From an uncultured delta proteobacterium (GTDB lineage: Bacteria > Myxococcota_A > Polyangia > Fen-1088), in NCBI GenBank assembly GCA_963796685.1, contig CAWCMR010000025.1:1920001-1984000 (forward strand): 64,000 nt of DNA, read 5' to 3'. The notes under the pieces were generated by a model. It searched no databases. It was not told the DNA's origin and saw only the letters and a list, made by a program, of their open reading frames with translations. Shown here piece after piece: positions 8,246-17,608 of the stretch. A program made the translations under genes and the position numbers. Position 1 is the stretch's first letter. Each line of letters opens with the position of its first letter.

Positions 8246-10559
8246 GGAACTCCATGAGCACCCGCCGCTGTGCTCGGCTCGGCTCGTTGTTGGCGTTGGT
8301 CTTGGCCTCGACCAGCCGGTAGCCCCAGGGCGACGACTCGATCTGGATGGTCAATCCCCTGCCGGCGACCTCGCCGTGGTACAGGGCCGCCTTGCCGGTC
8401 AGCACATCGGGGATGCGGCTGGCGACGCAGTTGTGCATCTTGGCCCCCTCGGACAACATCTCCTCGAGCGTACGCAGGGGCATGATGACGTCGTCGCCCG
8501 ATCGCCATCCCGCGCAGGGCGGCTCGGGAAGCACCAGCTCCTTCCCGTCGGCATTGACGATCGGCTTGCCGATTGCCTGGGCGACGTCGGCCAGTTGCTG
8601 GAGTTGTGCCATCCGTTCGTGCCAGGCATCCACCGCCCCGATGTAGCGAGCAGGCGAGGTGCTCCGCCGTGGATAGTCATCCATGGCGACGGCGTAGTCG
8701 AGCATCTCCTGGATGCGCGATCGCACGGCGAAGCGTTTTCGCCAGCAAACCGCCAACGCGGCCGCATGGTGTGACACGAAGGTGGCGAAGTCTTCGCCGA
8801 GATCGGGGACGTCACAGCAGGGCGGTACCAGCGTGATGGTGTGGCCCTTCACCAAGCGGAACCAGCGCGCATTGGCCAGCTTCTTGGATGGGATGTCCTC
8901 GGGGGCAAAGCGTAGCGGGGGTGGCAGCCACAGCGTGTAGCTGGGCACGCCGGCGCCCGCTCGGCGGATGAGGAGGCGCTGGGCGCTCAGTATGGACCGC
9001 AGCTCGTGCGGGCTAGCGTCTACGAGGCGCCGCCAGAGCGGTCGCTGCCTCTCCGACAGGCGCGCGTCTTGTGCCAGCTTCGCAGCGCCAATGGCCCAAG
9101 CCGCAACGGCGTCATCGAGCGCATCGTTGAGCCCACGTCCGGCTACCACGTTTCGCAAGAGCTTCTCGCCAGCCGCTCTCGTGCCAGCGCGATGGCCGAG
9201 CGCCGACAGCGCGTAGGCGAAGGTCAGCGCGCCGGGACAGGTGTCTACGACCTGCGCCAGCCGACCGCTCTTGTCCTTGGCGAGCCTCGCGTATAGCCAC
9301 GGACGCATATGGTTCGGAAAGCGCAACGCGATCTTCCGTGCTGTAGGATCGAGCATGGCAGCGGCGCTGACCGCGGCTTGCCGAATGGCCGCGCGCACGG
9401 TGCGCATGGTTTCACCGAGGTTCCCCTGTCTGGCGTGTTTTCTGCCCCGCGCCCCGTGCGGATTGCGAGGGACCAGTGCGCAGAACACCCAGTAGCGAGC
9501 GGCGCGGAAGGGATCTTGATCCAACCGCGGCAGGCCAGCCGTCAGTGCCCAGCGCTCCGATGCCCATCCGGCCTGGCTGCGAACCTTCAGCGAGTAGCGC
9601 GGCTCGAGGCACAGGTCCAGCTCGAAGCGGGACGGCACGCGGCCCTGGTGGTCGGAACGGAGCTCGAGCAGCAGACGGTCCGGCCAGCGGCGCAGGCGCA
9701 TCTCGACCGAGCGGCAGTAGTAATGGAAGACGGCCGTCTTGATTTCGTCGGGCGGGCGCACGCCTGGGGCATCGGCCGGCCAGCGGCCTGGCGCCAGCGT
9801 CGCCCGCAGACGATAGCGGCAGCAAGGCACCAGCGCGCGCGCCGCCGCGATGTCCAGTCCGCGCCGGCCGAGGGACTCGCACAGCCGACGGACCATTGCG
9901 GGTTTCAGCGTGCCGCCCTGCGAATACGCGGCATGGACCAGTTGCTCGCCCAGGGCCTCGATGTCGACGGCGCTCTCCCAGGGGATGAACGTCAAGGCCA
10001 GGCTGGCCGCCTTCTCGACGGCGACGTCGTGCTCGCGCAGATGGCGCAGCAGGATCTCCCTACGCGTGTCGGCGCTCGGCGGCATGAGCTCGGCCATGAG
10101 GCCGTCCGGAAAAGATCGCGAGCAGAAACGCAGAAGCACGTTCCCCTGGCTGGCGTCCAGCGCCAACACCGTCAATCGGCCAGCCTCAGCCCGGTCGCAG
10201 AGCAGCCCCTTCAGCCGCTGCAGAGCTCGCCCTCCCAGGCCTGCCGGCTCGTCGAGAAGGAGCAGGTCGGGCTCGAGCTGGCCATCAAGGCTGTCCGCGA
10301 GGCGCAGGTCCGTGCCTGCCTTCAGAGGCACATTCATCGCGGGCGCCACCCGTAGGCACTCGGCCCGGATCGTGTCGAGCAACAGGGTCTTGCCAGCGCC
10401 CTGGACGCCACGAATCACCAGCGGGTTGAAGCGCGGTCGCCCCGACCGCGAGAGCATCTTCGCCGCCGACGCGGCAAAGTGATTCTCCGGCCCGATGACA
10501 AACCGGTCGAAGGTCAGTTGGACCGGTGCCGGAGCGACGAGCAGATCTGTGCCAGGCAT
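8097..10559 (-). CDS. DnaA-like AAA+ domain fused to a C-terminal PcfJ-like domain
   Basis: N-term TFDRFVIGPENHFA...FNPLVIRGVQGAGKT..LLLLDE; C-term PLRTLEEMLSEGAKMHNCVAS...LTIQI..EAKTNANNEP. Confidence 0.7.
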   Translation of the reverse strand: MPGTDLLVAPAPVQLTFDRFVIGPENHFAASAAKMLSRSGRPRFNPLVIRGVQGAGKTLLLDTIRAECLRVAPAMNVPLKAGTDLRLADSLDGQLEPDLLLLDEPAGLGGRALQRLKGLLCDRAEAGRLTVLALDASQGNVLLRFCSRSFPDGLMAELMPPSADTRREILLRHLREHDVAVEKAASLALTFIPWESAVDIEALGEQLVHAAYSQGGTLKPAMVRRLCESLGRRGLDIAAARALVPCCRYRLRATLAPGRWPADAPGVRPPDEIKTAVFHYYCRSVEMRLRRWPDRLLLELRSDHQGRVPSRFELDLCLEPRYSLKVRSQAGWASERWALTAGLPRLDQDPFRAARYWVFCALVPRNPHGARGRKHARQGNLGETMRTVRAAIRQAAVSAAAMLDPTARKIALRFPNHMRPWLYARLAKDKSGRLAQVVDTCPGALTFAYALSALGHRAGTRAAGEKLLRNVVAGRGLNDALDDAVAAWAIGAAKLAQDARLSERQRPLWRRLVDASPHELRSILSAQRLLIRRAGAGVPSYTLWLPPPLRFAPEDIPSKKLANARWFRLVKGHTITLVPPCCDVPDLGEDFATFVSHHAAALAVCWRKRFAVRSRIQEMLDYAVAMDDYPRRSTSPARYIGAVDAWHERMAQLQQLADVAQAIGKPIVNADGKELVLPEPPCAGWRSGDDVIMPLRTLEEMLSEGAKMHNCVASRIPDVLTGKAALYHGEVAGRGLTIQIESSPWGYRLVEAKTNANNEPSRAQRRVLMEFLRHFGKEGTCGCAPPPPSSPAAPPTPATPPAPRPPHPPLAVAPTPPASR

Positions 10560-10565
10560 GGGGAC

Positions 10566-10587
10566 AGAATGCGATGGGAGACTGACA
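10566..10587 (-). promoter_or_regulatory. PafBC-type promoter motif, copy 2
   Basis: TGTCAG-TCTCCCATCG-CATTCT-N6-ATG(10559). Confidence 0.7.
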
Positions 10588-10613
10588 GGAATTTTCGGAG
10601 ATGCGGTCCACCT

Positions 10614-12771
10614 TCAAAACCCGATCCGCCCCCGCGAGGTCGCCTTCACCCGAACCTCGGCCTCGATCTCGGCCAGCAATAGCTCGGCCGACACGGGCCG
10701 CCCACGGCCCGTCAAGCGCCGCTTCACCGCTGCGAAGTCGCCGGGGGCCAGGTTGGGGATGCGGGCGAGCGTGGATTCCACTGACGGCGAAACCTCGCCC
10801 GTGTAGCCGAGGTCGGCAAGCCCGCGGCGAAACGCCAGCAGGCTCTGCTCGGGCTTCAGAAAGCCGAGCTCGATCTTGAAGACAAAGCGGCGCAGCGACG
10901 CCGGGTCGAGCTTGTCGAACAGGTTGGTCGTGCAGGCGACCACGCCGGGGAATGCCTCGAGCTGCTGCAGGAACTCGTTGACCGCGGTCACCTCCCAGGA
11001 TCGCTGCGCGCCGGTGCGATCTTGCAGGAACGAATCCGCCTCGTCGAACAGCAGAACTGCTTCATCCCGCAGCGCGGACTCGAAGGCCGATGCGATGTTG
11101 TGCTCGGTGCCGCCGACCCACATGCTCAGAATGTCCGACGCGCGTTGGACGTCGAGCGGTCGCCCCGCCCGGTGCGCAAGGTACCGAACCAGCTCGGACT
11201 TGCCAGTGCCGGGCGGACCGTAGAGACACAGGGACACGCCCGCACCGTCGCCAGGTTGCCAGGTTTGGACCCGCCGCTCGACCTCCAGGAGATCGGCATC
11301 GGTGTTGACCAACTCGGGCAGGTAGCCGCCGGCGCGGAAGACCGGCGGGGCCATCCTGCGGCCGTGCAGCACGCGCTCGGCCGGTTTCAGGATGGTTTCC
11401 AGCGTACCCCGATCGATCGCCCCGTGCGACACGAGGCGCGCGGCCGACACCGCGGCACCGATGTGCGCCGGGCTCAGCTCGAAACGCTGGGCCAGCAGGT
11501 CCACGTCATCCGCAGGCAGGGTCGTATCGCTGCCCAGATGCTTGCGCCATGCCCGCCGGCGCTGCCCGGCGGTGAACTTGCCGACCTCGATGACGTAGGC
11601 GAAGCGCCGCAGGAACGCGGGATCGATGTCGTCCACGCGATTCGAGATCCAGATGGTTGGCACCGGGTTGGTCTCGAGCAGCAAGTTGAACCACTGCTTG
11701 GACATCGTACGTTGCTTGCGAGCAGCGTCGTCCTCGTCGCCCGTCACGCCCGCAAAGGGATTTCCCTGGAAAAGATCCTCGAGCTCGTCGAAGAGCAACA
11801 ACGCACGACCGTGAGACAGCAGCTTGTTGCCGAGCAGCAATGAACGTAGCCGCTGCTGCGACGTCGGCGACTCACCGGTGGAAGTCTCGCGCCCGGCCAC
11901 CATCAGCGACACGTCGAGCTTCTCCGCCGAGCAGGCGCGCCAGCTCGGTCTTTCCCGTGCCGGTTGGACCGTACACCAGCACGTTCACCCCGGCCTGTCG
12001 TGCGTCGAGCGCCGCGCGCAGGAGATTGCGCGCCGTTGCGACCTCGTTTCGCAGATGTGCGAAATCATCGGCCTCGAGTGACGACGCAGGCGCTGCCGGC
12101 AAGAATCGGTCGACGAACGCGGCCCCGTCGAGGCCGGGCGTGAACACGACGCCCTCGAGCCGTCTGTCGGCCTGGACTCGGTCATCGAGGTCACCGTGCT
12201 CGTTGAGCTCGATGAGCCCACTCGTCACCAGGCGGCTCTTGCGGTCGAGGACTGCGCAGACCGCGTCGGGTTTCTCGCCGGTGGCCGCCGCGATGAGAAT
12301 GCCGGGGCTGCGAAGCCCCACGCATGGGATCGGGTCGAGCAACTCCTGCATGTCACGACGGTTGGCAGCGATCGCGAATTGCAGGACGACGGCCTCGACT
12401 TGGTCCAGCCCGAGCGTACTCGCGATGACCTGCAGGCAGGCGGCCGCTGGTGCGCGCGGGGAAGCGGGCTTGCGGATCTTCTGCCCCCTCCGTTGCAGAA
12501 GTGACTGCAGCGCGCTGACAACCGCCTCGTCCATTCGCTTCTTGTTCGCCAGGGCTCTCCGCTCCGACGGCGTGGCGTTCCGTCCCACCAGCATGCGCAT
12601 GAGGCTCCGCTGATTGTCGACCATCATCTCGACGTGCTCCGGTATCAGCAGCGCGCCGGATGCCGCCAGGTTGTAGGCGTAGTCGAGCACGGTGTCGGTG
12701 AACGGGTCGGTCGCAGGGTCGATGACGTGATATCCCCTGCCCCGCCTTGATTTCTTGCATTGGTTGCACAC
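10614..12771 (-). CDS. tandem AAA+ ATPase, apparent +1 frameshift at ~11928
   Basis: Joins ORFs 11872..12789 and 10614..11912: YGPTGTGKT / LLFDELED / AFLRRF and YGPPGTGKS / LLFDEAD / ASLRRF; removing one G gives a single ~718 aa ORF. Confidence 0.85.
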
Positions 12772-12794
12772 GGTTCTGTCTCCCTTCACCAGCC

Positions 12795-12816
12795 AGAATG
12801 GCGCGTGGGTCTGACA
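12795..12816 (-). promoter_or_regulatory. PafBC-type promoter motif, copy 3
   Basis: TGTCAG-ACCCACGCGC-CATTCT upstream of the AAA ATPase. Confidence 0.7.
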
Positions 12817-12847
12817 TGATTTTTCCCTGCAGCACCAACGCAGGTCG

Positions 12848-12869
12848 TGTCAGACCCCTGTTCCATGAT
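12848..12869 (+). promoter_or_regulatory. PafBC-type promoter motif, copy 4
   Basis: TGTCAG-ACCCCTGTTC-CATGAT-N6-ATG(12876). Confidence 0.7.
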
Positions 12870-12875
12870 CAGCGC

Positions 12876-13484
12876 ATGATCATCGAGAACGACTCCTGCG
12901 ACGGGTTCACGCCCCCAACCCAGAGCCGCCTCTCCGTGAAGCGCGGCGGCCACCTCGTCATCCGCAAGTGGAACATCCCCAAGCCCGTGGTTCTGGTCGA
13001 CACGCGCGAGCAGGCGCCCTGGCCCTTGCACGAGAACCACCCGAGCTGGATCGGCGGCGAGAAGCGCGTCGCCTTGCCCGCCGGCGACTACTCCATCGAG
13101 GGCATGCAGGACCTCCTAGCCATCGAGCGCAAGACCCTGCCCGACGTCGTTCGCAGCACCATCGGCAACCGGGCGCGCTTCCTGCGTTCGTGCGAGCGCC
13201 TGGCGAAGCTACGCTGGAAGGCGATCCTGATCGAGGCCACCTACGAGGAGATGAAGCTTCCGTACAGCGAGACCATCGGTCCCGAGACCCAGGCGCACCC
13301 GAACGCCGTGCTCGGCACGCTCGATGCCATCGAGGCCAGGCTCGGGATCCCGGTCATCTACACCTCGCAGATCGCCGACCTGGCCACCGAGCGCGCCGCG
13401 AGCTGGCTGTCCAAGCACTTCACCTACTGGTGGCTTGAGCAGCACGGCCATGGCCGCGTACTGGACGATGAGGATGGGCTGTAG
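12876..13484 (+). CDS. ERCC4-domain nuclease
   Basis: VLVDTREQ..LPAGDYS..AIERKT..D....GNRARF. Confidence 0.85.
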   Translation: MIIENDSCDGFTPPTQSRLSVKRGGHLVIRKWNIPKPVVLVDTREQAPWPLHENHPSWIGGEKRVALPAGDYSIEGMQDLLAIERKTLPDVVRSTIGNRARFLRSCERLAKLRWKAILIEATYEEMKLPYSETIGPETQAHPNAVLGTLDAIEARLGIPVIYTSQIADLATERAASWLSKHFTYWWLEQHGHGRVLDDEDGL

Positions 13485-13487
13485 ACG

Positions 13488-14300
13488 ATGACGACAGAAT
13501 CGAGCACAGCTCCGAGGCAGCAGGTCACCCGCGACGTCAGCCTGACCTACGGACAGGTCCGCGAAGCTGTGACCACGCTGGCTCGCGAGGTCGACCGCGT
13601 GAAGCGCGACGCCGGCTTCACCGCCGTGCTCGATACCATGTCGAAGTTCTGGGAATACTCGCCCTTCAACGAGTACCTGATCCACCTGCAGTTCCCACGC
13701 GCAACCAGGGTCGCGAGCCGCAAGACCTGGGAGAGCGTCGGCCGCAAGGTCAAACCCGCTGAGCGCCCCATCCACATCTTCGCCCCGGTGGCCATGCAGC
13801 AGCCCTTCATCGCGGTGCCGGTCTACGACATCTCACAGACCTGCGGCCGACGGCTGCCATCGCTCGACCTAGCCCTGCGCGGGCCCACCGACGTCGCCAA
13901 CGGCCTCGAGCGTGCTGCCGCCAGGTTGGGCATTCGAGTCGCGCGTTTCAACGGCCCGCAAGGGTCGCAGGGCCACTCCGGTGGGGGCGTGATCTTCCTT
14001 CGCCGCCGGCTGCCCGGCCTGGAACGCGCCGCCACCATCGTGCACGAGCTGGCGCACGAGATCCTGCACGACATGCGTTCGCGTGGCGAGATGGTGCAGC
14101 GCCAGCCCGAAACCGAGGCCGAAGCCACCAGCTACGTGGTCCTGCGCGCCCTCGGCCTGCCCTCCAAAGCACCTGCGTACATCGCCTGGTATGGCGGCGA
14201 CGGCAAGCTCGTGCTCCAGTCACTGAAGCGAGTGCAGCGGGCGGCGAGGAGAATTCTGCGGGTGTACGAAATTCCCCGGTCACGTGAGCTAGCGGCGTAA
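13488..14300 (+). CDS. ArdC-like ssDNA-binding domain plus zincin metallopeptidase
   Basis: FWEYSPFNEYLIHLQ.P.ATRVAS.KTW..VGRKVK, VYDISQT, HELAH, ETEAEATSYVV, YIAWY. Confidence 0.8.
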   Translation: MTTESSTAPRQQVTRDVSLTYGQVREAVTTLAREVDRVKRDAGFTAVLDTMSKFWEYSPFNEYLIHLQFPRATRVASRKTWESVGRKVKPAERPIHIFAPVAMQQPFIAVPVYDISQTCGRRLPSLDLALRGPTDVANGLERAAARLGIRVARFNGPQGSQGHSGGGVIFLRRRLPGLERAATIVHELAHEILHDMRSRGEMVQRQPETEAEATSYVVLRALGLPSKAPAYIAWYGGDGKLVLQSLKRVQRAARRILRVYEIPRSRELAA

Positions 14301-14308
14301 AATGAACT

Positions 14309-14584
14309 ATGGCCCGCACCACTAAGGCCCAAATCCTGGCGTTGCTCGGTGGTATCCAACGTCCCGGATTATATCGCTTGATTGCGTTCCTCGACTCATC
14401 GGACTTCTTCACCGCGCCGGCCTCGACCATGTTTCACGCCGCCTATCCCGGCGGACTAGCCCACCACTCCATCAGCACGCTGTTCACGCAGAAGGTGCCT
14501 CCCCGCTCATCCAAGCTTGGATCAGGGATCGTAGTGCCTGGTCTGGATCAGGATCTCAAATCGGAGACGGTGGCACCTGCGTGA
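14309..14584 (+). pseudogene. truncated HD-hydrolase (YhaM-like) N-terminal fragment
   Basis: DFFTAPASTMFHAAYPGGLAHHS, then similarity is lost before any HD motif. Confidence 0.65.
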
Positions 14585-14660
14585 AGCCACGAGGCCAGGA
14601 GGGCCGGGGAACCAAGACAGCGCTCTCTAGCCGGGACGATCCGGAATCGGGCCCGGCAAT

Positions 14661-15668
14661 CTAGAGGTCGATTATTTGCTTGAAACGTTTGACAGTCATC
14701 GGCCTCCGATTCGGACGGCTTTGGCGATGGAGGGCCCTGTGACAAGTGGGGCAGAGAGCAGCCAAATCCCCCTCAGTTATCTCCCGTCCCTTCTTGGGCG
14801 GTTGTCCGGCAAGGTGGTGTGCTTCAAGCACATTGGCGCCGTATCGCTTCACGACATTGGCCCCGCAAGCGTCACATATACCGCCTGCATTGTTGCGTAC
14901 GCGAGCTGCCAGTTGGGGATTGCGCTTGAAGATGGAAGCCACTTCTCTTTCGACCATGTACTCCCGGAACTTCTGTGTATGGCCCTTCGAGCGGGTGGAA
15001 ATGCTGAGCTTCTTGCTATCGTCCCCTTTTCCATAGTTCAGAATACACCTGATGACCGCGCGCTTCCATGCTAGACCTCGATCATCCTTCCGGTCCTTTC
15101 GATAGTATGTGAACTTGGCTCGTCCGAAGGCACCAGGCGACTTTCCTCCCGGGATTTCCCAGCAGCGTTCTTGAGGTGGTAGCAGAATGCCCGAAGTGGT
15201 CGGAGCTTTGCAGCAGTAGAGGGCGGAGCTAGTGCGCGAGGTTCCTTTCTTGAATTCCGGCCAATAGGTAGCGTCTGAATACCAGCCCACTACCACTTGC
15301 TTCTTGGTATTGAATCTAGCCATTGCTCCAACCGCGGCCTCAGCTGTTCGAAAAGCCTTCTCTTCGGGCGGTGGCCACGATGCTACGAATACAATCAGGA
15401 GACCATTGACTGCGATGCCCTTGCAGTGAGGCTCAAGCTTCTCTAGCTTTGGAAGGCCGCCATTGTTGGGGGGAAAGTAGCCGTAGAAGTGTCCGTTCCG
15501 TGGCGCAAAATTGAAGTCTTCAGCGCCGTTCTTCTTCCTCTTGACCCACTCCATCTCGGAGTAGATGGGATCCATTGGGGCGGGCCCGCGATATCGGAGC
15601 ATCCATCCAATCTTGACAAACAGGGCCTTCGTCGGAGGTGAGGGACGAGACACGCCAGCTTTCGTCAT
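14661..15668 (-). CDS. HNH endonuclease with a large N-terminal domain
   Basis: C-term CDACG...LEAHH...LAALCPTCHRALH; N-term LFVKIGWMLRYRG, VVVGWYSDAT; visibly more AT-rich than its neighbours. Confidence 0.75.
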   Translation of the reverse strand: MTKAGVSRPSPPTKALFVKIGWMLRYRGPAPMDPIYSEMEWVKRKKNGAEDFNFAPRNGHFYGYFPPNNGGLPKLEKLEPHCKGIAVNGLLIVFVASWPPPEEKAFRTAEAAVGAMARFNTKKQVVVGWYSDATYWPEFKKGTSRTSSALYCCKAPTTSGILLPPQERCWEIPGGKSPGAFGRAKFTYYRKDRKDDRGLAWKRAVIRCILNYGKGDDSKKLSISTRSKGHTQKFREYMVEREVASIFKRNPQLAARVRNNAGGICDACGANVVKRYGANVLEAHHLAGQPPKKGREITEGDLAALCPTCHRALHRQSRPNRRPMTVKRFKQIIDL

Positions 15669-16112
15669 GGGCAGATATTGTACCATGAGGCATGCATGCC
15701 TGGAACCGCCATGTTGAGGGACCCTCCCATGTTGAAGACTGCCGATGAAGGACGCCCCGGTTAACGTGAACCAACGGGCGGTGCTGTCATTGCTCGGCCT
15801 GCCTTTCCATTCGAAGACCTGCAGCAGGGCGGAACACTGCCCACCACCCTCTCGCTCTTTGTCATGCCTCTGGGGAGGGCCATGTCCGTGATGGATAGAA
15901 GCGCGTCGCTATAGTGCAGCAACGCCTCCAGCAATTCGATCTCTTCCTCGGCGGCACCAATCTCACGCTGGAAGACCCTTCTCCTGTCCACGCCGAACAA
16001 CTCCAAGCCAAGGTCCTCGCCGCGCCCGCAAATCGCTTGCCGGGCTGTCCCTCGCCGTTCACCAATAGCCTGGCTGGTGAGTCGGCGCCAACGTGTCTGA
16101 TGCACGCCAACG

Positions 16113-17402
16113 CTAGGACCCGCCTCCAACGCCGCAGGCCAGGGCCTGCGCAATTATCTCACCCTTCGCCGAGTCCCCTACCTCCACGATTCTGGCAACC
16201 CTGTTCAGATCAAACGGCCGTAGCGCCACCTCCGGCGACTTACTGCAATCTCCACATGGCCCAATCTCGATGATGGCCTCCCGACTCGCGCTATCAGCGC
16301 ACGGAAATACAATCGCCGCCTTCCCCCCTTGCCCTTGACTGAGGGCATACACCGCGAGCTGGTACAGCATCTCCCTCGGCAGCTCTGTCTCCCAGAGATC
16401 GCGGTACTTCGCATCGAGGAAGGTGACGATCTTCCCGCCTCGCCGAACGGTGAAATCTGGACGCGGCGAAGGTGAACGGCGGCCCCTCGGATTGTAATCG
16501 GGGAGGTATCGCATGAAAGCGGCGAGCGGCTCCTCTTCGGACACGTCGAAGTCGTGCAGGTGCTCGCGGAGAAACCGTGCGACCAGGGCTTGGAAGAAGC
16601 GGTTCATGTCGAAGAGGAAACCTGGAACCCGGACGCCGCGGCTCCCTTCGAGAGCAAGCCACGTCGAGGAGTGTAGAAGCTCGATCAGTCGAAGCGCGGA
16701 AGAATATGCGGAGGTCATGCGGGTAATCCCGCGCTCTGCTTGCACCAGCGTGTCGCGCGCAAGCTCGACTGGCTCGGCAAGCTGGGCCAGCGTCCTCGCC
16801 ACGCGCTTCAGCTCCCAAACGAGATCGCGATCGCTTGCAACCTCCGCGGCGAGCGTCACGCCGGAGCGCAGAATCCTGTTCAAAAGGTGATCGGTCGAGC
16901 GCGGGAATTCCTGGCACGGGACGCTCGCCTGGTCCCAATCCGGCCGCAGCGCGAACTGGCCGAAGTTGATTCGGCCCCGAGGAGCGGCAAGCTCGCAATC
17001 GCGTCGGATGTAGCGACGAGCCAAGCCTCTGTCGATGATTTCACGCGCCTCGCTGAGTAGCTGCGCCGCCAGCAGATCCTGAAATAGGCTACCGGCGGAT
17101 TGGTACTCCGCCATCCCGAACAGGCGAAGGTCGCGAAGCCCGTAGGCGTAGCGAACGAGTCGGAGCAGCTTTCCCGCCTCCAGCTTGGGCTCAATCGTGA
17201 TGGTCAGGTCGCCGACTTGTACTCGCCCGACGTGGGCGAATGCGCTCACCTCGAGGCCCCGGCGTAGCTCTCGTATGCGAAGTAGCCCCCGACGGCCGAG
17301 CTCGTCGACCAGATGTTGCGCCGCCACATCCTCGACGGTGCGTTCGCGCAGCTCGGCCGTGTCTGGTCCCTTCGTCTGCCATTCTGTCAGGCGAAGGTCC
17401 AC
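16113..17402 (-). CDS. mcrC: McrC-family restriction subunit
   Basis: HVGRVQVGDLTITIEPK, RGRI, FLFDMNRFFQ, RPDF..FLDAKY..YQLAVY; follows mcrB. Confidence 0.9.
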   Translation of the reverse strand: MDLRLTEWQTKGPDTAELRERTVEDVAAQHLVDELGRRGLLRIRELRRGLEVSAFAHVGRVQVGDLTITIEPKLEAGKLLRLVRYAYGLRDLRLFGMAEYQSAGSLFQDLLAAQLLSEAREIIDRGLARRYIRRDCELAAPRGRINFGQFALRPDWDQASVPCQEFPRSTDHLLNRILRSGVTLAAEVASDRDLVWELKRVARTLAQLAEPVELARDTLVQAERGITRMTSAYSSALRLIELLHSSTWLALEGSRGVRVPGFLFDMNRFFQALVARFLREHLHDFDVSEEEPLAAFMRYLPDYNPRGRRSPSPRPDFTVRRGGKIVTFLDAKYRDLWETELPREMLYQLAVYALSQGQGGKAAIVFPCADSASREAIIEIGPCGDCSKSPEVALRPFDLNRVARIVEVGDSAKGEIIAQALACGVGGGS

Positions 17403-17608
17403 GCTTACCCTCCGGTCCCGACCTCATCACCTTCGTCGTCGTCCGACTCTCCAGGCCCAGTAGGCCCATTCCCTCTGCCTTCCACCTCAGCCGCTTCCAT
17501 GGTTGCAGTAATCTCCGGGAAGCCTTCGAGAAGCCTCTCGCACAGAATCTCCAGTCTCGCCGGCTCGAACAAGGACTGGTCGATTCTTCGTTGCTTCACG
17601 TCGACTAG

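Noticed and set aside
8097-10559. Chromosomal dnaA / oriC
   Set aside because: No domain IV, no dnaN/gyrB context and no DnaA-box cluster seen.
15761-16273. Short ORFs between the HNH gene and mcrC
   Set aside because: No recognisable motifs or RBS; possibly a gene remnant but unsupported.
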